Positions 8,074 through 17,727 are shown, counted from the first letter of the stretch. The stretch: 32,000 nt of DNA from Cereibacter sphaeroides 2.4.1 (GCF_000012905.2 NC_007493.2:750001-782000); one strand, 5' to 3'. Notes: generated by a model from the sequence alone, not told the origin. Made by a program: numbers and translations.

Positions 8074-9399
8074 TCAGCGCTTCAGATAGGCGTCGCGCAT
8101 CGGGCCCACGGCGTTGGCGTGGGACGAGAAGCCCTCGTATTCCGCAAGCCGCTTCGCCACCTCGGCCAGTTCGGGATAGGCGGGGGCGGTGACATAGCCG
8201 ACCGAACTCCGGCGCAGGAAGTCATGGACCGAGAGCGGCCCCCAGGTGCGCGCGCCCCGCGAGGTGGGCAGCACCGCATTCGGCCCGAGGCAGAAGTTCG
8301 CGATGGTGATGGGCGTGTGCGGCCCCATCAGCACCTCCGCCGCCTCGGTGATCCGCCCCAGATGCTCGAAGGGTTTCTCGGACAGGATCTGCAGATGCTC
8401 GGGCGCGTAATCGTTGACGAAGGCGTGGCTTTCTTCGGCCGAGCCGGTCAGCACGATGCCGCCCGCCCGCCCGCAGAGCACGGCCTGCGAGAAGTCCACC
8501 CGCTGCGGCGTCATCGCCGACCAGTGGCCCGGCAGCGCCGCCAGCGCCTCCTCGGCCACCTGCCGCGAGTGGGTCACGAGCCAGGCCGAGCTGTCGGGGC
8601 CATGCTCGGCCTCGATCAGCAGGTCGAGCGCGGCGAGCCCGCCATGCACCGTCTCGTCGGCGAGGATGATCGATTCCGACGGGCCCGCCGGAAGGCCCGG
8701 ATCGATCACGCCCGCCAGAAGCCGCTTGGCCGCCACCACCCAGGGGCTGCCGGGACCCACGATCTTCAGCGCGGGCGTCACGGTCTCGGTGCCGTAGGCC
8801 GCGGCCGCCACCGCCTGCGCGCCGCCCACCTTGTAGACGGTCTCGACGCCCGCGAGGCGCGCCGCGACCAGCGTCGCCGCATCCACCCTGCCGTCCGGCG
8901 CAGGCGGCGTGAAGATCGCGATCTGCGGCACCTTCGCCACCACCGCCGGCACCGAGGTCATCATGGTCACCGACGGGAACGAGCCCTTGCCGCGCGGCAC
9001 ATAGAGCGCCACCGACCGGATCGGCGTGAACCGGTCGCCCGCGAAGGCGCCGGGGCGCAGCTCCTTCAGCCACATGGGCTCGGGCGCCTGCTCCTCGTGG
9101 AAGGTGCGGATGTTGCCGATGGCGAAGCGGATCGCCGCGACGATCTCGGGCTCGACCAGCCCGAAGGCCTCGTCGAACTCGGCCTCGGTCACCTTCAGAC
9201 CCTCGCGCGTCAGCCCCTCGGCGCGGTCCAGTTCGCGCCCGAAGCGGACGAGCGCCGCGTCGCCCTCGGTGCGCACCGCCTCGAGGATCGGGCCCACCTT
9301 CTCGAGGAACATCGACAGGTCCGTCTCGGACCGGCGCAGCAGCGCCGCGCGCCCGGCGGCGTCGAGCTCGGCGAGAACCTGGAAATTGACCTGGACCAT
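8074..9399 (-). CDS. Histidinol dehydrogenase family protein (HisD paralogue in a transporter operon)
   Basis: 441 aa. HisD hallmarks are VGGAQAVAA, IVGPGSPWV, LIEAEHGPDS and NDYAPEHLQI. An RBS (GAGG) precedes ATG 9399. Confidence 0.88.
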   Translation of the reverse strand: MVQVNFQVLAELDAAGRAALLRRSETDLSMFLEKVGPILEAVRTEGDAALVRFGRELDRAEGLTREGLKVTEAEFDEAFGLVEPEIVAAIRFAIGNIRTFHEEQAPEPMWLKELRPGAFAGDRFTPIRSVALYVPRGKGSFPSVTMMTSVPAVVAKVPQIAIFTPPAPDGRVDAATLVAARLAGVETVYKVGGAQAVAAAAYGTETVTPALKIVGPGSPWVVAAKRLLAGVIDPGLPAGPSESIILADETVHGGLAALDLLIEAEHGPDSSAWLVTHSRQVAEEALAALPGHWSAMTPQRVDFSQAVLCGRAGGIVLTGSAEESHAFVNDYAPEHLQILSEKPFEHLGRITEAAEVLMGPHTPITIANFCLGPNAVLPTSRGARTWGPLSVHDFLRRSSVGYVTAPAYPELAEVAKRLAEYEGFSSHANAVGPMRDAYLKR

Positions 9400-9408
9400 G
9401 GGGCTACC

Positions 9409-10206
9409 TCACTTGGATTTCAGGAAGATCTCGAGCCCCACCAGCCGGTCGAGCACTGCGATCGCGGCGCCCGCGATCACGATGAAGACGACCGAGACGG
9501 CGGCGAGATCGGGGGTGATGATCGAGCGGATCGAATTGTAGATCTGCACCGGCAGCGTGACGGTGCGGGCGTCGGTCAGAAGCAGGCTCACGAGGAATTC
9601 GTTCATCGCGAGGATGAACATCAGAAGCGAGCCGGTGATGACGCCGGGCATGACGGCGGGCAGCGTGACATGCAGGAAGGTCTGCACCCGGCCCGCGCCG
9701 CAGTTGGCCGCGGCATGTTCGAGGTCGGGGTCGAGGAGCGTGGCACTCGACGAGACCGACCAGACGAGGAAGGGCAGGTTGATGACCGCACAGGCCACGC
9801 CCACCGGCCAGAGGCTGCCCAGCACCCGCCATTCGCCGAAGACGAGCATGAGGCCGATGCCCGAGCCAATGAGCGGCACGGTGAAGGGCAGAAGCAGATA
9901 GACCTGCAGCGCATTGGCGAAGCGCAGGCGGTAGCGCGAGAGGGCGATCCCCGCCAGCGTGCCTACGGGCAGCGCCACCAGCGTGCAGACCGTGGCCACC
10001 ACGAGCGAGCGGCCGAAGGCCTGCCGCAGGTCGCGGGCCATCGCGATCTTCTCATACCATTTGAGCGAGAATCCCTCGGGCGGAAAGGCGATCATGTTGC
10101 CCGAAGTGACCGAGGCGCCGAGGACGACGACCGTCGGGGCGGAGAGGATCAGGATCGAGATCCAGACGAGGCTCCAGATTGCGAGGCGCTGGCCGGCCGT
10201 GGTCAT
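9409..10206 (-). CDS. ABC transporter permease (PotC/PotI-like)
   Basis: 265 aa from ATG 10206; the ATGA overlaps the upstream permease stop. Six hydrophobic helices and an EAA-loop-like AAANCGAGRVQTFLHVTLPAVMPG are present. The 731-aa track ORF is a 5' over-extension. Confidence 0.9.
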   Translation of the reverse strand: MTTAGQRLAIWSLVWISILILSAPTVVVLGASVTSGNMIAFPPEGFSLKWYEKIAMARDLRQAFGRSLVVATVCTLVALPVGTLAGIALSRYRLRFANALQVYLLLPFTVPLIGSGIGLMLVFGEWRVLGSLWPVGVACAVINLPFLVWSVSSSATLLDPDLEHAAANCGAGRVQTFLHVTLPAVMPGVITGSLLMFILAMNEFLVSLLLTDARTVTLPVQIYNSIRSIITPDLAAVSVVFIVIAGAAIAVLDRLVGLEIFLKSK

Positions 10207-11138
10207 CTGCGTGCCCCCATGGCGAGCGTGCCCGCGCCGAAGAGACCCAGCACCAGCGCCACGATGGCCGATCCCGCCGCCACCAGCATCAGCGCCAGCG
10301 CCGAGCCCAGACCCTGATCGGCCGTGCGGAAGAACTGGTCGTAGATCGCATTGGCGATGAAATCCTGCGAGCCGCCGCCCAGCATCGCGGGCGTGGCGAA
10401 GTCGGTCAGGGCGAGCGTCATGGTCACGAGCCCGGCCCCGATCAGCCCCGGGCGGGCCATGGGCAGCACCACATGCCAGATCGTCCGCAGCCACGAGGCG
10501 CCGAGCGAACGCGCTGCCGTCTCGGTCTCGGCGGGGATCGCGGTCAGGGCGGGGGCGAGCATCAGGACCGCGAAGGGCAGCAGATATTGCACGAGCCCGA
10601 AGACCACCGCGGAGAAGTTGAAGAGAAGCCGCTGCGGCGCGATGCCCACGAGCCCGAGCGCCTCGTTCACCATGCCGCCGTTGCCGAGGATGATGAGCCA
10701 GCCGTAGGCGCGCACCACCTGGCCGATGAAGAAGGGCAGGAACAGCACCACGAGCAGCGCCTTGCGCGTGACCGCCCCCGGCACCCGCACCAGCGCATAG
10801 GCATAGGGAAAGGCCAGCGCGAGCGTGAGCGCGGTGGCGAGCGTGGCGCCGAGGATCGAGCGGCCGAAGACGCGCCAGTAGGTGGCCGAGCCGAGCGCGG
10901 TCTCGTAATTGGCGAGGCTCAGCTCCTCGGACGGCAGGAAGGTCGCCCGGTCGAGCGTGCGGAGCGACCCGTCGGCCATCTCGACCAGCCCCAGCACCAG
11001 AAGCCCCACGAGGAGGAGCGCGGGGGCGATCATCAGCCAGCCGGTGAAGCGCGAGAGCCTTTCGGGCCAGAGCAGGTCGGCCGCCCGTTCGAGCGCATCC
11101 ATCAGGCGCCAGCGGAGCGGATAGCGGAAGGAGGACAT
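10203..11138 (-). CDS. ABC transporter permease (PotB/PotH-like)
   Basis: 311 aa. It has multiple TM helices and an EAA-loop-like AARSLGASWLRTIWHVVLPMARPG. An alternative start lies at Met13 (11102). Confidence 0.88.
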   Translation of the reverse strand: MSSFRYPLRWRLMDALERAADLLWPERLSRFTGWLMIAPALLLVGLLVLGLVEMADGSLRTLDRATFLPSEELSLANYETALGSATYWRVFGRSILGATLATALTLALAFPYAYALVRVPGAVTRKALLVVLFLPFFIGQVVRAYGWLIILGNGGMVNEALGLVGIAPQRLLFNFSAVVFGLVQYLLPFAVLMLAPALTAIPAETETAARSLGASWLRTIWHVVLPMARPGLIGAGLVTMTLALTDFATPAMLGGGSQDFIANAIYDQFFRTADQGLGSALALMLVAAGSAIVALVLGLFGAGTLAMGARR

Positions 11139-11160
11139 GGCGGTCTCGTTTGGCGGCAGC

Positions 11161-11500
11161 GGACGGATCGAAGGGAAGAGCCTGGCGGATCAGGCAGGCG
11201 GCGGAGAGGAGCGGACGGATCGGGCGGGCGGCGGAGCCGGGAGGAGAAGCGGCGGGCGGATCGGGCAGGTGGCGGAACCGGGAGGAGAACCGTCGGGCGG
11301 GTGGACGGGAAGAGGCTGGCGGATCGGGCGGGCGGCGGAACCGGGAAGGAGCGGCGGGCGGGTAGACGGGAAGCGGGATCGGACGGGCGGCGGTGCCGGG
11401 CGGAGAGGAAGCGGGTGGGTCGAAGGGAAAGGGCGGGCGGATCGGGCGGACGGCGGAGCCGGGACGGGGAGAGGCGGGTCGAAGGGACGGAGGGAGCGCG
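11161..11500. repeat. Degenerate tandem repeat array (6-7 units, about 22-63 bp spacing), G/A-rich on the + strand
   Basis: The GGATC(G/A)GGC(G/A)GGCGGCGGA(G/A)CCGGGAGGAG core recurs with GGATC at 11165, 11187, 11217, 11258, 11321, 11376 and 11439. It alternates with a GGT(G/A)GACGGGAAG / GGGTCGAAGGGAA sub-motif. Confidence 0.85.
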
Positions 11501-11697
11501 GGCAAGGTCCGGGGCCGGTGCGGGCTCTGCTGGAGGCCGGGACGGGTTTGCCGGACGGTGGGACGGGTCCGGCCGGAGGCTTGGACGCGACGTGGCGCGC
11601 GCATTGCGTCCGGCCGGGGTTCGTCCGTTTCTGCGCGCCCTCGCCTGCCGAGGTACCGGCGGCCGTGTTGACAGCCGGCAACTCGTGGGGGCGCGCC

Positions 11698-12795
11698 TCA
11701 GCCCTGCATGATCTCCTTGAACTTCGCGAACCAGTCGCTCTCGTTCTCGACCTGCACCTGTGCCGAAACCCGGATCAGATGCTCGAAATCCTCGGGCTTC
11801 GTCGGATAGGAGGGGTCGTCCGCAAGATCGGCGGGCGGCGTCAGGCCCGGCACCACGCCCGGCAGGCCGAGCCCGTCGAGCCAGACCTGCTGCGCCTCGG
11901 GCGTGATGGCGAAGTTGATGTATTGCTTGGCCCAGTAGAGCTCGTTCTCGGGCAGGCCCTTCGGGATCCAGAGCCCGTCGGTGTCGAACTTGCAGCCCTC
12001 TTCGGGCACGGTCCAGGCGATATCCACGCCGTTCTTCCGGGCCTCGCGCGCGTTGGTCGAGATGGTGCAGGCCAGATCGATCTCGCCGTTCTGGAACCAG
12101 GCGGTGAAGTCCGGATCCTCGCCGAGGAGCGGCTGCTGCGCCTTGACCTTGGCGATGAAGTCCCAGGCGGGCTGCATGTTGCCCGGAATGTCCTCGAGGC
12201 TGCCGCCGCCTGCGACCTGCGCCGGGAAGTGGAAGCCGATCCCGTCGTTGTAGAGCGCGATCCGGCCCTTGAAGCGCGGCTCGAGCAGCACCTCCCAGGA
12301 TTTCGGCGGCCCGTCCGGGAAGACCTCGGGACGATAGGCCAGCACATAGACATAGCCGTAGGTGTTCACGATCGGATAGCCGTCGAGACCCACGGGCTTG
12401 GCGAGATCCGTGGTGGCGGCGAGGTTCGGCAGGCCCGACAGATCCTCGGTCACGCCGCGCAGCGCCGACTTGGTGGCGTTGGTCGTCGTGTCCCAGTTGA
12501 TGTGGATCGGCGGCACGCGGCCCTGCGCCACGGCGGCCCAGACCTTCGGCTGGATCTCGTTGTCCTCGGTCAGGTCGTGGCGCACGGCGATGCCGGTGGC
12601 CTTGGTGAAGGGATCCGAGACGCCCGCCTTCAGCGCCTCGACCCAGCTTCCGCCCCAGGCGCGGACGATGAGCTCGGCAGGCTTCTCGGGCTCCTGCGCC
12701 CAGAGCCGGGTGCCCGTGACCGAGCCGAGGAGGGCGGCCGAGCCCGCCGCGGCGGTGCCGCGGAGCAGTCCGCGGCGCGTGAGTCTGTGGATCAT
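11698..12795 (-). CDS. ABC transporter periplasmic substrate-binding protein (PotD/PotF-type family)
   Basis: ATG 12795 is preceded by a strong RBS (AAGGAG). There is a twin-arginine-like signal (MIHRLTRRGLLRGTAAAGSAALL). The mature protein is about 340 aa with Pot-family features. The track ORF start at 12834 is less likely. Confidence 0.88.
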   Translation of the reverse strand: MIHRLTRRGLLRGTAAAGSAALLGSVTGTRLWAQEPEKPAELIVRAWGGSWVEALKAGVSDPFTKATGIAVRHDLTEDNEIQPKVWAAVAQGRVPPIHINWDTTTNATKSALRGVTEDLSGLPNLAATTDLAKPVGLDGYPIVNTYGYVYVLAYRPEVFPDGPPKSWEVLLEPRFKGRIALYNDGIGFHFPAQVAGGGSLEDIPGNMQPAWDFIAKVKAQQPLLGEDPDFTAWFQNGEIDLACTISTNAREARKNGVDIAWTVPEEGCKFDTDGLWIPKGLPENELYWAKQYINFAITPEAQQVWLDGLGLPGVVPGLTPPADLADDPSYPTKPEDFEHLIRVSAQVQVENESDWFAKFKEIMQG

Positions 12796-12814
12796 GGTCC
12801 TCTCCTTGTTGGGG

Positions 12815-13948
<1,134 letters not shown>

Positions 13949-14024
13949 GGGGCGATTTCTCCGGCTTTTCGGCGGTCAGGTGCTACTTGCACCCGTTTTG
14001 CCCCGGGCGGCAAGGGCCAGACTC

Positions 14025-14789
14025 TCAGATCGAGCCGAGATAGCCGCCATCGACGCCGAGACACTGGCCGGTGACGTAAGCCGAGGCATCCGAGGCCAGA
14101 AAGACGGCAGCGCCCACCAGATCGCGGCCCTCCCCGAAGCGGCCCTGCGGGATCCTGGCCTGCATCGCCTGCGCCCAATCCTCATTCTGATAGAAAACCT
14201 CGGTCAGGGCGGTGCGGAAGTAGCCGGGCGCGATGGCATTGACCCGCACCCCGCGCGGGGCCCATTCGGCCGCCAGCGCCCGCGTCATGCCCAGAAGCCC
14301 GCTCTTCGACGAGCCGTAGGGCACGGCCGTGGGCACGCCTACGAAGGAGGTGAGCGAGCAGAGGTTGACGATCGACCCCTGTCCGCGGGCCAGCATCCCA
14401 CGCGCCGCCGCTTGCGTGACGAAGAAGGCGCCGCGGAGGTTCGTGTCGAGGATCCGGTCCCAGAGCTCGGGCGTGACCGCCTCGGACGGGCAGACCTCCT
14501 CGGTGCCAGCATTGTTCACGAGGATGTCGATCCGCCCGGCGGCCTCCATCGGGGCTGCGACCGAGGCCGGGTCGGACTGGTCGAGCGCGAGGCAGAGCGC
14601 CTCGCGCCCCAGCGCCCGGATGCGGGCCGCCGTCTCCTCGAGCGCGCCTGCCGCGCGGGCGGTCAGCACGAGATCGGCCCCCGCCTCGGCGAGGCCCAGA
14701 GCGATGGCCTGCCCGAGCCCGCGGCTCGCGCCCGTCACCATGGCGCGCCGGCCCGTGAGGCTGAAGAGGCCCTGAAGGAAGTCGCTCAT
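14025..14789 (-). CDS. Short-chain dehydrogenase/reductase (SDR) family oxidoreductase
   Basis: 254 aa. Motifs are TGASRGLG cofactor motif, NNAG and the catalytic YGSSK (YxxxK). Confidence 0.9.
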   Translation of the reverse strand: MSDFLQGLFSLTGRRAMVTGASRGLGQAIALGLAEAGADLVLTARAAGALEETAARIRALGREALCLALDQSDPASVAAPMEAAGRIDILVNNAGTEEVCPSEAVTPELWDRILDTNLRGAFFVTQAAARGMLARGQGSIVNLCSLTSFVGVPTAVPYGSSKSGLLGMTRALAAEWAPRGVRVNAIAPGYFRTALTEVFYQNEDWAQAMQARIPQGRFGEGRDLVGAAVFLASDASAYVTGQCLGVDGGYLGSI

Positions 14790-14912
14790 GCCGCCCGCCC
14801 CGCGCCGGGCGCCTGCCCGTGCCGCCCCTGCGCGAAGGGTTGCCCTGCTGCCGTCCGCTCCATCCGTCTCTCCCCGTGATCCGGGCCGGAGACTAGCGCG
14901 CCCGGGGCGGCC

Positions 14913-14978
14913 GCGGAAAGGGGCCGGATCGGGCAGGCGTGCCGGAGCCGACGGTGGCTCGGGCCGGGCCCTTTCCGC
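14913..14978 (-). terminator. Long imperfect hairpin just downstream of the PAP2 stop
   Basis: GCGGAAAGGGGCCGG (14913-14927) pairs 14/15 with CCGGGCCCTTTCCGC (14964-14978). The loop is 36 nt and there is no U-tract. Confidence 0.3.
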
Positions 14979-14984
14979 GTCCCG

Positions 14985-15692
14985 TCAGGCGAGGGCGGCG
15001 GCGAGGTCGCGCAGCAGGTCGCGCACCGGGCCGAACATCAGCGCCACCTGCCAGGTGACGAAGAAGACCGCCGGATAGAACAGCGCGCCGTGGCTTGCGG
15101 CATAGCCGGGCAGGTCGAGCCGCTGGAACTGCCGGGCGAGGACGGGCACCAGCACCACGGCCATGGCGATGCCGATGATCGTCCCCGCCACGATGTCCCC
15201 GGTATAATGCAGACCGAAGTAGATCCGCGGCAGGCAGATGATGAAGATCGCATGGAGGAGCGCCACCACGCCCACCGCCCGGTGGGCCAGGAAGATCCCC
15301 GTCGCCAGCGCGAAATAGAGCACGGCATGGTCGCTCGGCATCGAGCTCCAGCCGTCGAGCGTCTCGTGGCTGAGGCCGCTGTGCAGCAGGAACCCCAGAT
15401 CCGGGTCGTGGATCGGCCGCGGCCGGTAGGGCAGGACCATCGCGAGCGTGCGCCCGACCGCCACGGCCAGCACGGCCACCACGAGCGTGGCCAGCAGGCG
15501 GGCGTGGGTGCGGGCGACATCGCGGCTTGCCGCGAACCAGAGGCCCCAGAAGAGCATCATCGAGAAGACGCCCTTGAACAGGCTGTTGCGCTCGACGATG
15601 TGCAGGAGCTGGTCGAAGGTCGGCAGGCTGCCCATGGCGCTGTTCACGAACAGGGAAATGTGAAGGTCGAGCGCGGCAAGGGATGCGAGCAA
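14985..15692 (-). CDS. PAP2-superfamily membrane lipid phosphatase
   Basis: 235 aa. Acid-phosphatase motifs are ..YRPRP.. (KxxxxxxRP-like), PSDH and RIYFGLHYTGD (SRxxxxxHxxxD-like). The start at 15692 is a TTG with GAGGA upstream; the next ATG is at 15635. Confidence 0.78.
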   Translation of the reverse strand: MLASLAALDLHISLFVNSAMGSLPTFDQLLHIVERNSLFKGVFSMMLFWGLWFAASRDVARTHARLLATLVVAVLAVAVGRTLAMVLPYRPRPIHDPDLGFLLHSGLSHETLDGWSSMPSDHAVLYFALATGIFLAHRAVGVVALLHAIFIICLPRIYFGLHYTGDIVAGTIIGIAMAVVLVPVLARQFQRLDLPGYAASHGALFYPAVFFVTWQVALMFGPVRDLLRDLAAALA

Positions 15693-15699
15693 GAGAACG

Positions 15700-15770
15700 T
15701 TCCTCGGTATAATTTTGCTTAATGATGAAAGATGATCCCGTTTGTCATAAAAACGTCAAGAATAAACCTC
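15700..15770. promoter_or_regulatory. AT-rich island (divergent promoter region between the PAP2 and transglycosylase genes)
   Basis: About 31% G+C over 15707-15770 by hand count, against a background near 68%. It contains TATAAT (15708-15713, + strand) and TTGACG (minus strand, 15754-15759). It also contains TTGTCAT-AAAA-ACGTCAA (15742-15759). Confidence 0.4.
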
Positions 15771-15987
15771 CCATTCTCGACCTTCCGGCTCGGACTCACC
15801 TCCCTCCGGGCGGGGGCTTCGGACGGGCGGCTCTGCGCCGTCCCTGAGCCGTCACGAGAGGGTTTCCGCGCCTCTCGCCGCAGGGGCGAGGCGGCTCGAC
15901 AACTTCTCGTGCGAAAGGCGTAGGACCCTCTTGCGCGGCACGGCGCCCGGCCTACAGTCAGCCCGTTCTTCAACAAGGGATTGCCCG

Positions 15988-16791
15988 ATGATTTCCAGCC
16001 TCCGCCCCGCTTCCCTCGCCCTTGTGGCCGGCCTTCTGGCAGGGCCGGTGGCGGCTGCGCCCTGCAGCGATACCGGCGCGAACTACGAGAGCTGGAAGCC
16101 GCAGATGGCGCAGGAGGCCGCGGCGGTGGGCGTGGGCCAGCGCGGGATCGCGGCGCTGATGGGCACGTCCTATTCCTCGCGCACCATCGCGGCGGACCGC
16201 AACCAGAAGAGCTTCAAATACAGCCTCGACAAGTTCATGCAGGTGCGCGGCTCCGAGACGATCGTGAAGCAGGGCCGCGCGCGCAAGGCCAAGTCGCCCG
16301 ACCTCTATGCCGCGCTGGAGCGTCGCTACGGCGTGCCCGCGGGCGTGCTCCTCGCGATTCACGGCATGGAGACGGGCTTCGGCAACTTCATGGGCGACAC
16401 GAACGTGGTCTCGGCCATCGCGACGCTGGCCTATGACTGCCGCCGCAGCGATTTCTTCACGCCCCATCTGCTGGCGGCGCTGGTGCTCGTCGATCGTGGC
16501 TCGATCAGCACCGCGTCGGTGGGTGCCAAGCACGGCGAGATCGGCCACACCCAGTTCCTGCCCGGCAATGCGCTGACCTATGGCGTGGACGGCAACGGCG
16601 ACGGGCGGGTGGATCTGACGAACCTCACCGATGCGCTGGCCTCGACCGCGAACTTCCTCGCCGCGAAGGGCTGGCAGCCGGGCCTCGGCTACCAGCCGGG
16701 CGAGCCCAATTTCGCGGTCATCCGCGAGTGGAATGCGGCCTCGGTCTATCAGCAGGCCATCGCCATCATGGGTCAGCGCATCGACCGGTGA
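15988..16791 (+). CDS. Lytic murein transglycosylase (MltB/SLT_2 family)
   Basis: ATG 15988 gives a signal peptide (MISSLRPASLALVAGLLAGPVAAA). HGMETGFG contains the catalytic Glu region. A calcium-loop-like DGNGDGRVDL is present. The track start at 15931 is a TTG over-extension. Confidence 0.85.
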   Translation: MISSLRPASLALVAGLLAGPVAAAPCSDTGANYESWKPQMAQEAAAVGVGQRGIAALMGTSYSSRTIAADRNQKSFKYSLDKFMQVRGSETIVKQGRARKAKSPDLYAALERRYGVPAGVLLAIHGMETGFGNFMGDTNVVSAIATLAYDCRRSDFFTPHLLAALVLVDRGSISTASVGAKHGEIGHTQFLPGNALTYGVDGNGDGRVDLTNLTDALASTANFLAAKGWQPGLGYQPGEPNFAVIREWNAASVYQQAIAIMGQRIDR

Positions 16792-16800
16792 TTTTGCCTC

Positions 16801-16829
16801 TTGCGCCCGGCGGACGAGTCGCCTAGACA
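16801..16829 (+). promoter_or_regulatory. Possible sigma-70-type promoter for tRNA-Glu
   Basis: TTGCGC (16801-16806), a 17-nt spacer, then TAGACA (16824-16829). It ends about 15 nt before the mature tRNA 5' end. The hexamers are weak. Confidence 0.25.
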
Positions 16830-16844
16830 CCGCTTCGTCCGGAT

Positions 16845-16919
16845 GGCCCGTTCGTCTATCGGTTAGGACACCAGGTTTTCAACCTGGGAAGAGGGGTTCG
16901 ACTCCCCTACGGGCTGCCA
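16845..16919 (+). tRNA. tRNA-Glu (anticodon UUC)
   Basis: I folded the 75 nt by hand. The acceptor GGCCCGT pairs with ACGGGCT, then G and an encoded CCA. The D stem is GTCT/GGAC. The anticodon stem CCAGG/CCTGG carries loop TTTTCAA (anticodon TTC). The T arm is AGGGG-TTCGACT-CCCCT. It closely resembles E. coli tRNA-Glu. Confidence 0.92.
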
Positions 16920-16943
16920 CTTCTTCCTGAGATCATGACCTCT

Positions 16944-16962
16944 GCCGGTGCTGCGCACCGGC
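16944..16962 (+). terminator. Hairpin downstream of tRNA-Glu
   Basis: GCCGGTGC-tgc-GCACCGGC is a perfect 8-bp stem. There is no U-tract. Confidence 0.3.
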
Positions 16963-17161
16963 GCCCGCGCCGAGCGGGATCGGGGAGCTGTTCGACCGAA
17001 GATCAGGGCGCCTACGTCCGTGCAAGTGCCGGCGCGCGACACGTCGCCCCCTGACGGCGAACGGCGTCTCTGTCCTGCCTGAAGCTCAGCCGCCCGCAGG
17101 CGCCTTGCCCGTGTGGCGCGATCTCCGCGCTGGGGCAGGGGCTGCGGTGCGTCTGCGCCCC

Positions 17162-17638
17162 TCAGCCGCGGGCCTCCTTCACCGATTCCATTGCGACATG
17201 GGTCGAGGTGGAGGCGACGAAGGGCAGGGTCGAGAGCTTCTCGCCCAGCACCCGGCGGTAATCCTGAATGTCGGCGGTGCGGACCTTCAGCAGATAGTCG
17301 AAGCGGCTGGCGATCATGTGGCACTCCTCGACCTCGGGCACGGCGAGCACGGCGCGGTTGAAGGCCTGAAGCGCGCTCTCGCGCGTGTCCGACAGCTTCA
17401 CCTCGACGAAGGCCACATGGGCGAGGCCCATCCGGATCGGATCGAGGCGCGCGCCGTAGCCCGTGATGACCCCCGCAGCCTCGAGCCGCTTCATCCGGGC
17501 CTGGGTCGGCGATTTCGTGAGCCCGATGCGCCGCGCGAGTTCCGTGGCGCTCACGCGGCCATCGGCGGCCAGCACGCGCAGGATCGCATGGTCGAACCGG
17601 TCGAGCTCCAGTTGCATTCGGCCTGCCTGAGCCTCCAT
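17162..17638 (-). CDS. putR: Lrp/AsnC-family transcriptional regulator, PutR-like activator of putA
   Basis: 158 aa. The HTH is ATELARRIGLTKSPTQARMKRLEAAGVI, followed by a RAM/AsnC C-domain. It is divergent from putA, as described for Rhodobacter capsulatus putR/putA. An alternative start is ATG 17617 (MQLELD). Confidence 0.85.
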   Translation of the reverse strand: MEAQAGRMQLELDRFDHAILRVLAADGRVSATELARRIGLTKSPTQARMKRLEAAGVITGYGARLDPIRMGLAHVAFVEVKLSDTRESALQAFNRAVLAVPEVEECHMIASRFDYLLKVRTADIQDYRRVLGEKLSTLPFVASTSTHVAMESVKEARG

Positions 17639-17727
17639 CTTCAGCCGTATCGGCTGCTTCTTGACGATAATCGGGACGAACGGCTTCCGATTGCACGGTA
17701 ATCTAGGCGAAACAGGAGTGTCCGTCC

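Noticed and set aside
7951-10317. 788-aa + strand ORF
   Set aside because: It is antisense to the HisD-like and permease genes. It is low-complexity and Arg/Asp/Gly-rich with no domain signature.
11161-11500. Possible CRISPR array
   Set aside because: The repeats are degenerate and contiguous, with no unique spacers of constant length. There are no cas genes, and the array sits inside an operon.
11190-11681. 163-aa Pro-rich ORF (TTG start) and the parallel open frame of ORF 9409..11604 across the repeat spacer
   Set aside because: The proline richness follows simply from reading CCN through a C-rich repeat. Several frames are open simultaneously. The repeat periodicity (22-63 bp, irregular) is not a multiple of three. 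There is no RBS. A Pro-rich linker protein cannot be strictly excluded without comparative data.
16920-17161. Possible integration hotspot or genomic island next to tRNA-Glu
   Set aside because: There is no integrase, no direct repeat of the tRNA 3' end and no compositional shift. The gap is only about 240 bp before putR.
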